Shown here: positions 25,121 to 40,094 of the stretch, piece by piece
How positions within the stretch are numbered: the stretch's first letter is position 1
Layout: each line of letters begins with the position of its first letter
Assembly: GCA_964188305.1 (NCBI GenBank)
Contig: OZ076895.1
Source: Podarcis bocagei
Lineage: Eukaryota
DNA: 64,000 bases
Reading direction: 5' to 3' (one strand)
Notes under the pieces: generated by a model
Seen by the model: only the letters and a program-made list of their open reading frames with translations
Databases searched by the model: none
Told to the model about the DNA's origin: nothing
Position numbers and translations under genes: made by a program

Positions 25121-28100
25121 AACAAACACGAAAGCTGGTAATAGGAAAGGTGTTGTTTTTTTTTTACAGTAAGAACTTCTGGAAAAGGCAGGCTACCAAG
25201 AAAAGAGATCAAGTTTAACTTAAAAATTATGTTCTAAGCTTGGTTAGACTGGGATATTTCTACATGAAACATAGAGGCTGAATTGCAATGATTTAAAGGC
25301 ATCTCCTGGAAACTGCAGCTTCCCTGTGGGGTTTTGTTTTTTGTGTGCGTGCATATCAGGACCAGGACTTTAATGCTGCTAGTATATTAGTGATTTATTT
25401 TTAATGTCCCTCCTGGTGAGGACCCTAGTGTAACCTGATAGAATATTTTTCTTTCCCAGTTTAATGTAGCCAGAAATAACACATGAGATGCAAATTGGGA
25501 AAGCTATTAAAATTGGTAATGTAACCCATTTCCCCCATTATTAATTGACTGGCTAACTTTGCTTTTGAGCAAATTTTAAGTTACTAAGGTGAACAAAACC
25601 TAAAACGGCAGTTAATTTTTTTTGTTCAAATCTTGTTAATGTTTCAGTAGATAATTTCAAAAAGATGAGTTTTATTTATGTCAATAAAGCAAGCTTTTCC
25701 TCTTGTACACCATCATAAACATTTTGGAACCTTAGTTACCCTTTATATGTTTAGATGGTGAAGCCAACCTTTTCTCTCGACAAGGTCTAATCTACACCTG
25801 TTAGCACACTTGCCTAAGAGAATAGGGAAAGCTGTTTGGCTGGAAAATGTGTTCCTTATTGTCAAGATTTTTGTATTTATAACTATGATGTAGCAGACTG
25901 GGAGAATTCTTGATTTAGAAAGATTTCCCCAGAAATCACCATTTCTTTGGCACCACACGTTTTCATTCATTGAATGCTTCGGTCTCCTCTAATTTATATC
26001 CTGTTGAAAGGATCATTGTATACGTACTGTTTAATTTATTGTACTTGGTAATTTGTCTTCTGATTTCTCTCTTATTAACTGTGTAAGGCTGGTATGTTTC
26101 AGAAGTCTCCCCCAGAACAGTAGCTTTTCGGCATCAATTTCGTTTATTGCTTCTCTGATATTGCAAGGGCCAGTACACATTGCTAGTAGACATTGCTTGA
26201 CATTGTTAATCCAAAAGGTGGAGGGAGGAGCCATTGCAGAGTGATAAGACTCATCAGCTTGTTTGACATTCTGTACCTAGGCTTTCGAATATTAACATAG
26301 CAACAGAATAGAAACTTAAGGATTTACATTTACCTGTACAACCACACATTTTATGTATTCTAGGATGAGAATGAGTCATCCCAATTATCATCATTCGTAT
26401 TGTTACAGGTGACTCAAAATTTAGTTCTCAGGTATTATCTCCCTGGCCAAGAACTAAAGAAACATATCCCTGTGGTTTTTTAAAAAACAGTTTTAGGTAG
26501 CTGAGAGCAAATGAGTTGACAGTGATTGTGGGCAGTTGATGAGCCATCTCAGAAATGTTAGGTTTTTTCCTGAAGAGAAGCTACCAGCATAGCAAGAGTA
26601 TGTACCACATGTTCGCATAAGTCTTTTCTGTGTTTATATTCTCTCCCCCCCCCCCAAATACCCTTAACAGAATTAGCCTGGAAATAATTATTTGCTTAAA
26701 CAATATATTGTACATTTCTGTTGGAGTAGGCATTTTATTAATGCTGCTATAGTCAACTCTGCATTCCACCCCTGCACCAGATGTTAAGTTGTTTCAGTAT
26801 GCTGCTGCAGCAGCAAATAAGTTTCAATCTGCAACTGAATAGTTCAGAAAAGTGTTAATTCTGACATGAAGTAAATCTGCTTGCAATAATGTTTTTCTGA
26901 TACCATAAAATCTAAAATTTCATGAAAAGTAGATTTTCATAATGCAGTGTCTTTTCACAAATCAGCAATACTTCTCAAATTTATTCTCAATAAAGTACCT
27001 CGTTTTTCCAATCATATATGTTCAGATTATCAGGTCACATTTTGCCTAAAAAACTGATAGTGTAACCCTTCCACACAGCCTCCCTGTTTTTTCAGTTCAG
27101 GCAATATCATTTTTCTGGGTCATCAGGTCATCATTTGCTTTCAATCTCATGATGAGAGACATTCTTAGGCAGCAAACATTTCATTTGTAGAATATTACTA
27201 ATAATGTAACACCACTTTCTAACACAATATATATACACCCTGGCTAAGATTTACAGGTGTTACTGTCTTCATTCTGTTTGTATACTTTTTGCACAGAACT
27301 TGAACACATTTCCCATTTCCAGTGCCATATGCGAAAAGAACGTATTTAGTGGCAAACAATCCCATTGGACCAACCAAAATAAAAGGACTTTTGCCAGTGC
27401 AGGAAAACTTTAAATTGGATTTTCATTTTGACTCATAAGAACACACTACATATGATAGTAACCTAGGTTGCAGCTCCAGAAAACATCTGTACATCAAACT
27501 GGTTCAGAATGACCAGTAGTTCTGAGTGCATCCAATTCTTCCTAGAATAGTATCTAGACTGCTACATTTTATCATGTCATGAAAAAATGCTATTTTTGAA
27601 ACATTTAAATGAAACATTACAATACTTCATCCAGATTTGGTGATACAATTTCAAATGCTGCTTAATTTGAATAGTATGAGATAGATAGATATATATCAGT
27701 AGTAACATCATTGAGAGTGATCCTGAAAATGCCCACCTTGTTTTTAAAAGAGGCAGCAGTGAAACGCTTAAAGCAGCAACAAAAACAAACACTTGCTATT
27801 GTTCAGACGTACTTTTAGGACTGAATCAATACCCCAATTTGCACCATCCCTTTCAAAGGCTTTGCTTAAGTAATCCTGTATTTGCTACCGAACAATTCCC
27901 AGAGAGACCAAAGCTAAACTCTGGATTGTTAAATAAAATTTGTGTTTAATTCAAACTAAACAAACTCTTTGAATTCATTTAGAAATTAAGCCAACTTATT
28001 CTGAACTTTTACTTGCCCCCATCTCATAAGATACACTCAGTAATGGTTTTCACCAACTTAGAACTGTATAGAACATTTCAATTGTTTTATTTAATAATCC

Positions 28101-29915
28101 TTTCAAAATAGCAATGCCCTATCTAGATGAATATATTTTATGAGAGCCAGTAGACAGGATTCAGACAGAAGTGAGTGGCAACCCCTACCCCCTTAAAAGC
28201 CTGCTCCCATTGCTGGATACTCTCTAGACTGACATCCTATAAACTTTAAGGCTACTTTTGGAACTGTTGCTTTGGCTCCTGTGGGTAAGCAAAAGTGTTT
28301 TCTGCTCATGCATTCAGTGAGGGATGGATCTTGCCCCATGCGCTTATTATTGGGCTGCAGCACAGAACATTTGCCAAGCCTAGCTGAAAAGTATGCAAAC
28401 TGGACAGCAAAATTCCATTCACACTTCAATAACTGAATTCCAGGTGTGTAGTAATACTGTTTTTTGTTTTTAAAAAGAAATTGCAATATGGAATTTAGTA
28501 TTGTCTAGAAATAATTCACTTTGCTGCTGCTGCTGTGTCAACAGTTTTATAACCCAAGACAAGGTTGAAAATCATGCTTAAAAGTAAACCAGTTACATAT
28601 ATTTTAAAGGTGAAAGGTTACTGGAAATTAAGGTTATAGCTTGGGAAATTGGTGGGCTGGAAAATCGTCACTGGGCCACCATCTATTTCAACAATGTTGG
28701 TAACAGTGTTAGAAATTATTAGAATAACTTGCCTAAAGAAAATGGGGAAAACCCAGACTTTCATACCAACTATCTCACCTAGGTCAGAACTGGAAGAGCT
28801 TTTAGGCAAATAAAAATTGAGATAAGAGAGGAAATTCACTTGTCTTATGGAGCTGCTACAGCCACATGATCAATGTTTGCTATCCGATTGTAAATATTCA
28901 AAGATAACATTGTCCAAATTTGCAAATCAGCACTACAGAAATTGCCCAAGACACATTTTATTAGATCGCTTAGCTTATCTACTCTTTCCTTCTCCCCTGA
29001 TTTTAAAACATTCTAGAACAACCTCCTGATTCTGTCTGCCCTTTCCAGTTCATACAGTTCAGGGGAAATTCCCCTTTACAGTAAATATCTGACAGCTGTA
29101 ACTCAAAATGTCTAACTTCTTCCTAATCAGAATTTACCAAAATTATTCTATTTTTATCAAATAATCAAAGAGTTGTTTTTCAGTACTTGCCCAATGTACA
29201 TAAAGAGAGTTGTATTGTCAGTTTTAAAACTAGCAGTCCGGGATACTTGTTCAATAAGAACGTTCTTCAAGGTACTTCGCTAAGTGACATGTTGAAATAA
29301 AATATTTTGTAGGTTGTTGCTTGAACTTTACAGGTACTTGTCTTTCATACAGCACAATCCTACTAAATTTCTTTTAGTCCTTTGCCCTTTGCTTAATGCA
29401 CTCTTGCAGTTTTGTTTCTTGTGTTGTGACTTATGTGAAAATTGCACACTTGTAATTTTTCTTTCCTGTCGTATGAAGATGACATAGACAGTGGCCAAAT
29501 ACCTCTTCAATCATTCTGCCAAATTCTACCTACATTATACTTGAAGGAGGCTTCTCCCTGTCAACCTCTAGTTTACTTTGATGTTCCATTGTATTTCAGT
29601 TTAATTTTGCCATTTTCTTCCTTTATTGGCACAGTGACTGTAAGCAAGGAATGTACTATATTCTGGGCTCAGCATTCCAAACAATGAAGAGAGTCTTCTG
29701 GATAAAAATTGTTTGGATCAATGTACTTAAGCGTGGTGACTGTGAAATGTCAAAACTTTTTTGTAACCCGAGAACAAAAATGTTTAGTAAAGGGATATAT
29801 TTTATGTGTTTTGAAACTTTTAAGTGCAATGAAATAAGGAAGCTGGAAAATGTATGCACAACAAAGTTTTAAAATGATATTGTAAAAAATAAATAAATAT
29901 AAAAACTTATTTTGG
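25121..29915 (+). other. PPM1H: Probable long (~4.8 kb) PPM1H 3'UTR
   Basis: AT-rich, repeat-poor stretch after the stop, ending at overlapping AATAAA hexamers followed by a GT-rich tract; the end point is inferred. Confidence 0.6.
29888..29897 (+). terminator. Candidate PPM1H polyadenylation signal (overlapping AATAAA x2)
   Basis: aataaataaa, upstream TGTA motifs, downstream ttttgggtagtattgctgtg. Confidence 0.6.
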
Positions 29916-31775
29916 GTAGTATTGCTGTGAGCTTCTTTTCTGGGGCATATAGCTGGTGAATGCTGTCAGTGAAAATATGATATAGTCTACAATTCCCCAT
30001 CCTTCAGCATAGGTACATACTGTACCTTCTTTTTAAATTTTTCCATTTGTTAAGTTCTCTTGCAGTGCATGTTCAAGCACTCAGCTATCAATTCTGTTTG
30101 CTGAAAGAACAAATTGGGAATAAGCAGAGAAGGAAATTGACATAAGTAAAATCACCTAACTGAATTCCAGAGCAAATGCCCAGTTGGTCGTTACAGATTT
30201 TTGTATGATTTGGGTCAGTGGAGTGCTGCTTGTAAAATTGCAAAGAAGCACATAATGAGTGAACAGCTGTTGTTTCTACATATGGACAAAATTACTTTAA
30301 AAAAGTTTGTACTCTGTTACTGTCAAGTGAATAATATGTCAACTAGCACTTTATGTTTTTATAGTATTTTAATTGCTTTTCAGTAATTAAGTCAGAAGTT
30401 AGAAGATAAATGCTTGCTTAATAATAAAACTTGGAGAAAGCTGTAATGCACATTTCTGAAGTTTGGCTGGTTACTGAAACTCAATAATGCAGCTAGCTAC
30501 GAATTCTGTTCTGCAAGTGTATTATAAATACTGGCAGATATCAGGGAGAGCTTTAAAGGGATTCTGTGTTTCTAAATAATTGAAAGGATACTAAAAATGG
30601 TTTAGACACATCAAACAATACCAAGAAGCTTAAAAACTTTAGTTTTGTATAATGCTGAGACAACAAAGGGAAATGGGAATATTTTAGCTCCACGTGCAAG
30701 GCTTAAAGCTGATGAAGAAGGGGTGGCTTAGCTACAAGGGAGAGGGGTGAGAAAAAAAGATAACAGCAAAGGGTTAGTCAGTGCTCTCCTTTCCAGTGTG
30801 TATAGTAACAGGGGCTTCAGCAGGGCCCTCTTATAACTTTCACTGAGATAAACAGTGATTTGCCTGTGCAGTGAAGTGAGCAGATGGATTGTATAATAAG
30901 GGGAAAGCTCTGCTAAGCTTGGTTGATGGTCCAAGGTGGAGGGGGGGATGACTAACTATAGCCCATGGAAGAATCAAGGTGAGATGTATAATGTATGATG
31001 GAGGTTCTCCGTATCGGAGGCTTTGCTGGGGCCAGATAGAAATTTCCAAAGGTTAGATTTACCCTTGTTACCTATTCATAAACATTCTGTTTCAGGAGAA
31101 TCCACCACTGATTACAGAATCACATTGCAGGTTGTCTGAGTTTATTTTAAAAGCAGTTTCTTGAGCAAGGCAACCATAGTTCTTTCTCTTTCTTTTAAAA
31201 ATAATATTATAACCCACAGAGCCGTTTCCTATGAAGGCATTGGTTGAATATATAGGATAAATATTTCTCTTTCATATTGTTGTTTGTACTTGCAAATATC
31301 CATGCAAGTTGGCAAATATTTCATAATAGGCACTACTGTTTGTTTTGAGAATTAGTTCCTAATATGTGGCACAGTTCTTTGAATTCAACATATACATATA
31401 TTTTGAGAGGGCATTGTTGATGCTGGCATATATTTAGTATAGATTTATGAGGTACTCAGACTGAGAATGGACTAGAATGTTTCCCCATTGTTTTAATTTT
31501 ACAGGATCAAAATTATTTAACATTGCTCTGGAAAACAAACTGAAAATTAACATTTGCTGAAGAAGTAAATTCCTAACGTGTATGTGACAATAAAAAATAT
31601 GGTATGTAAAATGCATTACTCCCCAGCCTTTTCTAGCAATTGTGCTATCAGCATAAGCATTTCAGCTTGCCAGACAAAATGACACCCCGCCCTGCCATCT
31701 TCCCCTGGGGTGTTGTTCTCTTGACCCCTGCCCCCACCCAACTTAGAGGAGGGAAAGCCCAGTTGTTCTATCATA

Positions 31776-32100
31776 AAGGTAAAGGACCCCTGGACGGTTA
31801 AGTCCAGTCAAAGGCGACTATGGGATTGCAGTGCTCATCTTGCTTTCAGGCCAAGGGAGCCGGCGTTTGTCCACAGACAGCTTTCCAGGTCATGTGGCCA
31901 GCATGACTAAACCGCTTCTGGCGCAATGGAACACTGTGGCGGAAACCAGAGCACATGGAAATGCTGTTTACCTTCCTGCCGCAGCAGTACCTATTTATCT
32001 ACTTGCACTGGTACGCTTTCGAACTGCTAAGTTGGCAGGAGCTGGGACAGAGCAATGGGAGCTCACGCTGTTGTGGGAATTTGAGCTGCCAACCTTCTGA
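31776..32100 (-). mobile_element. Sauria SINE, 5'-truncated
   Basis: Homologous to the 787 copy; lacks the head. Confidence 0.88.
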
Positions 32101-35100
32101 GCAGCTATCTTAAGTTGTATGGGCTTCTGCTAGCAGGACTTGTTACTTGATTCCAGACCTAAGACCTTAATGAGACAGACCTATGGGTTGTAGTTAACAC
32201 TGCACAGCAGAATTCCATTTGTGCACCAGGGTTTCCCCTTCCTCTCTTCCCATGTGCCCCAAAATCTGCTCCAGAGGACCCTTCAACTCTCTGGTGCAGA
32301 TGTTGAGGATGCATGGGGAACCACATGGAGAAGGGGTAAGTCAATTCATGCAAGTGGAAAGTCTCTTGCTTGAACAGAACAGCAGAGTTGTATACAACCC
32401 ATTGCTTCTCAACTGTTTCAAATGGGAGCCATTTGTAAACTTAGTCTTCCAGGGACCATCTATAAACTAACTTCACTTTTCAAGTTCTACTTTCACCCCC
32501 CCATAACAAAGTGCAGGAATATTATACCAGTAGTCGGCACCAAACAAGTCTACACTTCATTTTAACCTCAATATAGGAATATATAGGCAAAATGCATTTG
32601 AATAGAATTGAAGTATGACAAAGGGAGAAACAAGTGAGCCTATCTCATAAAAAAGCCTCATGACCTTAATGGTTTGTTGTTGGCCTGGAGAAGGGCAGCT
32701 TGGGAAGGGGGGGCAGTCACTGCTACCCTTCCAGGAAAAATTGGCATTGCAGTTTACAGAACAGAGGTCTATTGTTCTCGTTTTCTCTGCTCACTTTCTC
32801 AAAACATCCAAGTAAAAATGAAATTGTCCAACCTTTTTCAGTTATCAGGTGGGGCCATGGCAGCACATAACATGATGCTATCCCATCATATGTTGTGCTG
32901 GTTTAGATGCTATGAGGAAGAGACACATGGAATGGCAGCAGCTATTTGGGCTCTAGCTCAATCCTAATATGGTTACTCTTCCAGACCTTTTCAATATATT
33001 TCTAATTTTACCGTGCGACCAGAAAATGAAGAGCCACAACTTTCCTTTCTAAAGCATAATACTGCTTTTTATACTTGGTCCATGAATTTCTTAGTAACTA
33101 TCACCATTTAAAAGACATTTTAAGGATGTTCCTTGTGCATTACCTTTTGTTGCTCACATGAAGTTTGAAATAGAAACCTGCGTGTGCATTTTCCTATTGC
33201 AAAATAGGCAGCAATTTTAAAGCGAGAAAAATGGCATGAGTGGCACCACCATTCTATTTCAAAATAATTTCTAATAATAATTAAGGGTAATTACATATTA
33301 GCAAAGCAATGACTTGTTTCAAAATCAGTGGCACAGTTGATTTTTTTTGGAGAGCTCAATTGCCCAGGCCTGCCTTATCCCTTTGTCCCCCACTATCTTG
33401 TTCAATAATCATTCTTCTTCATGCAAATGTAGATGGAGTGAACAGGGAAAGGTTAAAATGGAAGCAGGCTATCTTTCATCAACATTGTAATTTTACTGCT
33501 TGGCTTAGTGCCAAATACTCGCTGCAGTCACTAGCTGCCATTCCAACATGAGTGAAAGGATCTTTAATAAGAGTGTAAATAAAAGCCAGGCTGAGAAATG
33601 AGTTTTCCATCCCAGCAATCACTGGCCTAACCTCTGCTGTAAATAGTCTTTCAGAGCAGCACAGATGGAATACCTGCACCTGGGGATCAAGGCAATCTCT
33701 GAGCAGTGCAATTTAAGCAGCTGGGTACAATCGAAACATGAATTAGCTGGGATAGGCTGAAGAATTCCATTTTATATATATTATGTAGAAACAAATAGTT
33801 CACTATAAATTTCCCTTTCACAATGGAGTTGCTTTTTTAAAGCCATTTCTCTCTTGGAAGGGGCAGATGACTATAGCTGTTGAATTAATTAAGCCAGGAG
33901 AATTTCTCATAAGATGGTATAACAATAGGTATTTAATTTATGATTATTGATTCAATAGCGTGAAAGTGATTTATCTGATCACAGCAGAGGTAGCAACGGC
34001 ACCACAAGAACGATAGGTCATTCTAGGTTTATGTGTCTGAGTGGCTTTATTGATTTTGAACTACTGAGTCAGATGTACTTGGCAACTGAACCCTCAATAC
34101 TTTTTAAAGCCCTTTATACCACCATTGGTAACAATTTATTGTACTGATCAAGTGTTGCTCTGTAGTGGAGTGACAGCAAACGTATGTCAGAACTAGTAAC
34201 ATTTTGCTGTTGTTGCTCAGTAGATCAGTCTTTTAAAAAACAAAATCATGTGCTATTAAGGCCCCATGACATTTTACTGGTTGTTAAATGGAGACAGCAT
34301 TACACAATCTGTGCTAGGATCTATATTATATTGGAATATAGCTAAAGATATAGCTGAAACGTTTTGGCACATGACAAAATCTCAAGCTGCATGACTTGGT
34401 ACCAATGCGAAAAGTGGGCATTATGCTAAGTGATTTCATGAGTATTAAAGTGGCATGCCTACATAAAAGAGTGATAGCAGTAAATAGGCATACAAAGATG
34501 ACAATATGGACCAGCACAACAACCACGTTCATTGGACCAGTTTAAAAATGGCACGTTACATTACATTTACATTTTTAATGTAAATGATATCTCTTTCAAT
34601 TAAGTTGCTATTTAGTAGTGGTGCATCAATGCAAAATCACATTATCTTCCATAATCTTCTTAGATTTTAGTCTAGTCTAAAGAATGGTTTACTTTTATTT
34701 GTATAAAGGCTTTTTATTTTTATGCACATGCATAACATTTAAGACTATTGATACAGGAACAAATGAATGACCCTGCTTCCTTTCTTATAGCCTCTATGCA
34801 TACACAGGAAGAATGAGTGTAACAGCATATGAAATCGTCACATTCCATTCTTTTATCTTCTATACAGCACAACTCATGGAATAACCTTCCATAAACACCA
34901 ATGTGTTACGGACTATAGTTCATAAACTAATATTTGCCTCCTATCAAATTGCAGCCAAAAGGCATTGCAATCTGCACTCCCACTTGGATGAAGATGTGTT
35001 CTACAAAAGGCAAACAATGACTGCACCAATCTCTCTTAGAAGAGAGGTTGGATAATAAATATATCTTCCCTTCCCTTAATATATAAACATTAAAAACCAG

Positions 35101-38100
35101 TTCTAGCCATGGGTAACAGGTTTTATATAATTATTAGTTGTGCCAAACATTTATAAGCAATCTTTGTACATTAAAAAGTGTCTCCAGAAAAATTAAATAG
35201 ATCTTAGGTGAACCCAGTACTGCACATCTGTACCCACATAAGCAACTTGAGCAGAAGGGTGTTTCTGCCAAGGAGCCAAATCTAGCTAGGAGGATACCAA
35301 GAATGAGCACTTGTAAGAGTTTCTTAAGTGGCACAACTCTCATGCCTCCATGGCAGAGGTTTTCAATCTTTTTGAGTCCATGGCTTTCTTGAGCAGCTAC
35401 ATTATTTCTACAGCACCCCTGTGGGAATCAGGAGTCCAGTTATGTCACCCCTTGCCTGCAGAGGTGGTAGCCTCAACATTTTTCAAACACCCTCCCTCAG
35501 CCTCATCTCCTCTCCCCTCTCCTTAGGAGTCGTCTGGGCAGCCACAGTCCATTCTCTGAACTGCCCCACCCCCACCCCTGAGAGGTGCCTCCTCACACTG
35601 CCCACAGGGGCCTGGGAAGCACCCCCTGGCGAGCCCCAGAGGCACCATTCGTCTGGAGAGCTTGTAGCCAGGGCTGCTGCAACAAACAGCCGTGCAAGCC
35701 TTTAGGAGGCAGAGACATTCAGGGGGAACAGAGGGAGGGAAGGAAAGAGAGGCCAGTGTGTGCGTGCATGGTGAGGGTGCTGTTTACATGCATGTCCCTA
35801 ACCCCATCCACTTTTGAGCATTCACACATTCAGGCATTAAGAATTTACAACTCCGAACAGTAAATTAAGGAAACCCTACAAATTAACCCACATTGTCTCA
35901 TGAACTATTAATACAGAAATGGGAAACTTGTAGTACGCCTGTTGTTGGGCTCAAATTTACACCAGGCCCAGCCAGCATGAATAAGTCAGGGATGATGGGA
36001 ATTATAGTCTATCATCTGGAGGGCCTTAGACAATTCATATTTGCATCAATGTATCATAGTATCTAGGGAACTCCTTCTCGTCACCCTAGCTTGAGATTAG
36101 ATGGGCGAACAGGGAGAGGACCTTTCCTGATCTGGCACTCCCTCTCTAGGTATTTGGCAATTCCACACCATATAGTCAACACATATGCAATACACGACTT
36201 TCCCAAAAAAATCCTGGAAGCTAGTTTAAGGGTGCTGAGAATTTTTAGCTCTGTGAGGGGTGAACTACAGGTCCCAGATTCTTTGGGGGAAATCATATAC
36301 TTCAAATGTATGGCATGACCCCGTCCATTATTTGCCTGCCATAACCACAGCTAGTCTTCAAGGACTTGGGCCAAGACTAGCTCTTTCTACCAGGTATTGG
36401 AAAAGTAGATTTACTTCATTGTTCCCTGTGGTTGTGGTTATTTTAAATCTTGTATTATATATAATTTATTATTATAGTTTTATTTTGTAGTAAGCACTTT
36501 CTTAACAAATTACAGGAAGGTGAAGTATACAAAATCAAATAATTGCATCCACCTTTTTATCCCCACTGACAATTCTGAAGAAATGCCAACAAAACACCTG
36601 AAAGAGACATCTCAGAACACTGATGAATATTCAAATATTCAAGCATTCTTTCCCCATTCATAAGATGGAATAATCTGATGAATGTATTATGCAGCATTTC
36701 TGAATGGTTTGGCTTTATGGTAAACTCTGTGATGAAAGGCAGGCAGGATGTGATATACTTTAATAAATGGGTAGACTCACTATACTAGTTAAATCTATGT
36801 CTACAACTCAGTATTTTCCCCAAGTACTCAAAACCTTGCTCTCAAGCCATGCAGATTTCATAAATTGCAAGTTACTAAAACCACTTGGAATTGTGTAGGG
36901 AAATGTAACATTTAACAGCACCTTCAGCACCAATTATGTTCTTAACTACACCTACATGTAATAGCTGCTCACTTTAAACCCATCCTGTGCAAGAGTTCTA
37001 CTAGCCCATCCCACTTTCCTAAAATGCCCTCTAAAATAATTAGCCTGAATGGAATGGAAGGCAATTTTAGTACAATAGCTTGAATATAGGTTTAGTTAGT
37101 AGAAAACTATTTTGTTCATGGAAGTGGTTCCCAACTTAGTAGTGAGAAAAGTGAACCCAAGTCCTGTAGGGCTGTTTCTAAGGTCAGTCTGTGTCTTCCT
37201 TTTTCAACATATTTCTCATACCCTGACAGTGACACGGAAAGAAGTAGTTTCTGCAAGAGTTCACAGAACAGGACTAATACATTTTCTCATCCTTCTCAGT
37301 TCTTTGGATTTAAGCCCTTATTTCTGCTTCAAGAAGATCAATGTAATACTGAATTCAGCCCCAGGCATTAACGCCTTATCTACTGATACCAATGAAATAC
37401 AACTGCAAATACCCGAAAAGGTTATTTATAAGCAAAACTCACGAGAAAGAAAAGCTCCCATTCAATTCATTTAATGAATTTTAAATTGTGTCTAGTTCCA
37501 TGCAGTTATGTTGCTTTTGTGCATATACCTTTAAAAAGCAGTGCCAGCTGTATAACTGCTAGGATTAAATTATAGAACTGTGCTGTCTTGCTAGTGGTAG
37601 GGAATGATGGGCACTAGTCTGAAAAACAGAAGAGCAACTAATGACTTAGCTATGGGAAAGATATCTACTTAAGAGCAAAACATAAATTGCTCCAGTCGTT
37701 CAATGCTTTGTAAATTGCAGAACTAATTATATTCTTCCCAGCCCTGGAACTAGGGAGGGGAAGAAGATTGTACTCAATATATATCTACCTATTTATGCAC
37801 ACATACAGAGAAGAGTTACTTGCAACCCACAAACTGCTTTTACAGTGAATTCTACCCTATTTTTGTATACTACACTAATGGAATAAATTTTGTTGAGAAG
37901 CGCTGAGCATTTTGCCGAATTCACTAGCAGCTGAAATGAACATCACTCCTAAAGCTATGTAAAGTTCATGAAGTGTTGCACTCAGAGAAATTAATGGACA
38001 CAACCAAAGTTCTCTCTTACTTGGTGTAGGAGTCTGCAGTAAAGAGCCACATCCAATCATGTGCTTCAAACTGCATTACAAAGACAGTTTGAACTTGGAT

Positions 38101-40094
38101 GAGTAAATGTGCATCATAGTTCCCTGTTGTGTGCAAAAATCTGATTGGTTTCCTAACTGATGATGCTGAAACTTTTAATATTTAAAAAGCAATTTCATCT
38201 GAAGTACAATCCTGACCTCACGTTATGATTTACAAGGAATTTTTTGCACATTTTCAAAAATCCTATATTCACTCCCCATTCTTATGGGATACTGTTGTCA
38301 GCTGTCACATCATTCCAACAATACTACTGAGAGGATGAATGGCCAGAATTTTTTTCCTGAGGTTTCATAAAATTATTCAATGAAGAAATGTTTGTGTTCG
38401 ATGAATCTTTCAAAAAATTAATCATAAAGTTTCCTTGTGTATCCTGAAAGTACTTTTTTAAGTGTTCTAGATCCAAGTTTAAGCTACATCTTTTAGATAA
38501 AAGTGAAAAATAACACGTTTGCCACAAAGACTACATTTTCCCATTACTGCTCTAACTTGTGTCCTCAATTTATTTTTTCATCATATCTTCTTTAAACAGG
38601 CCACCCTACCTTACAGCTTTCTAAGTTTCAGGTGTTTTTTAAAACAAAGAAACTCACTGGAGCTCAGCATACAGCACCAAAGATATCAAATAAAGATAAA
38701 TGTGTTTTATTATATAAACTTTACAAATTAACGTATTCCTATCTTTTCATGATTTAGCCATACAAAGTTTGAAAAAAATAAGAAATCCAACACCTAACTA
38801 ATAAAGCATACAACACAGAGAGGATGTTGCTCACAATATTAAGTACTGAACAACGAACCTTTACAAGTAAAGAACCTATTGTTTTCCAATCTATAGCTCA
38901 GTATATTCATTTCAGCAAGGGCAAACACTAGTTTAATTAAGGAGCTTTTATATAGTGATCATACTAGTTTGTGTTTCATACTGGTATTAAAAAGCCTTTA
39001 AGATATTTTACCCAGAGTTCTTTCGCCAATTATTTTTAATTTTGTCATCTAATAATAGTGGAATTTGGGTAAATTGAGTTATATCCAACATGAATCATAC
39101 TCAAAAGTAGGTCCTCTGAAATCAATGGGCTGACTAATGCTGGATGTCACTATTTCACTTTACTTTTTATCCTAAGGTTTTAAAATATGGAGATACATAA
39201 TTCATGAAATATTAGGTGCTTCTATACATAAATTAAATATTAGTTAAATGATACACTGGAGGGAAAACAAACTAGTTAGACAGCTATGCACTTACCTGGT
39301 AATGTCCCATTATAAATGGGACTCTTGAGTAGACATGTGTAGATTTGCACTGTTAATTCTAAAGCTGAAGACTATAGCATCTGTCATTAGGAAGGCATGT
39401 GACGTTATGTATTATTCTTACAAAATATTAGGTATTGATATCATTGTCTTATTCAATGCAACTACTGTTTTTCAGTATTTTTATATGCAGTGCAGAATAA
39501 ATGCACAGTCGTTAAAATTTATGAAACCTCATAAATGGTGTTTTATTGATGTCATTTCCATAACCAGAATTCAAACAGTAATTGCCACTCATTATATCCC
39601 AAACTCATCAGCCCAGCAACACAATCTAAACATATGTCCTTGCTGGTGCAATACAAGTATCAAAATTTCACTATAAATATGTAAGTGCCCATCTAAAGAT
39701 TTGTTGTATGAGATGCTGTCTATTCAGCACATGCAAGATGTACAATAAATTTTAGCTTTCCACGGATATGTAATAGATAACAACAAACAGGCATTTTCTT
39801 TAGCCAAATTAATAATCTGAATAGAACAGTATCTGTCAGGACGTCACTAAGGAATACAACATGCAAAACTGACGTAAATACTGTGCATTTCAAAATTCAG
39901 ACATTTCCTGAGGAAATAAAAAACTGGAAAATGCCACATTTCAGTTGTGCGAAGCCAAGCTCTGCAAAGCCATATACTGAGAGGCATTAAACACACAGAA
40001 ACAGCAAAGGCAAGCTTGGTTCTGTTGCCACCCCTCCTTCAGTATGCAAGTAATCCCTGGGAAAACAAAGGGGATTCCCATTGTCATTGTCTTC

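Noticed and set aside
26990-29510. TACCTC let-7 seed-like sites in the PPM1H 3'UTR
   Set aside because: Only 6-mer matches were seen, which are expected by chance in 4.8 kb.
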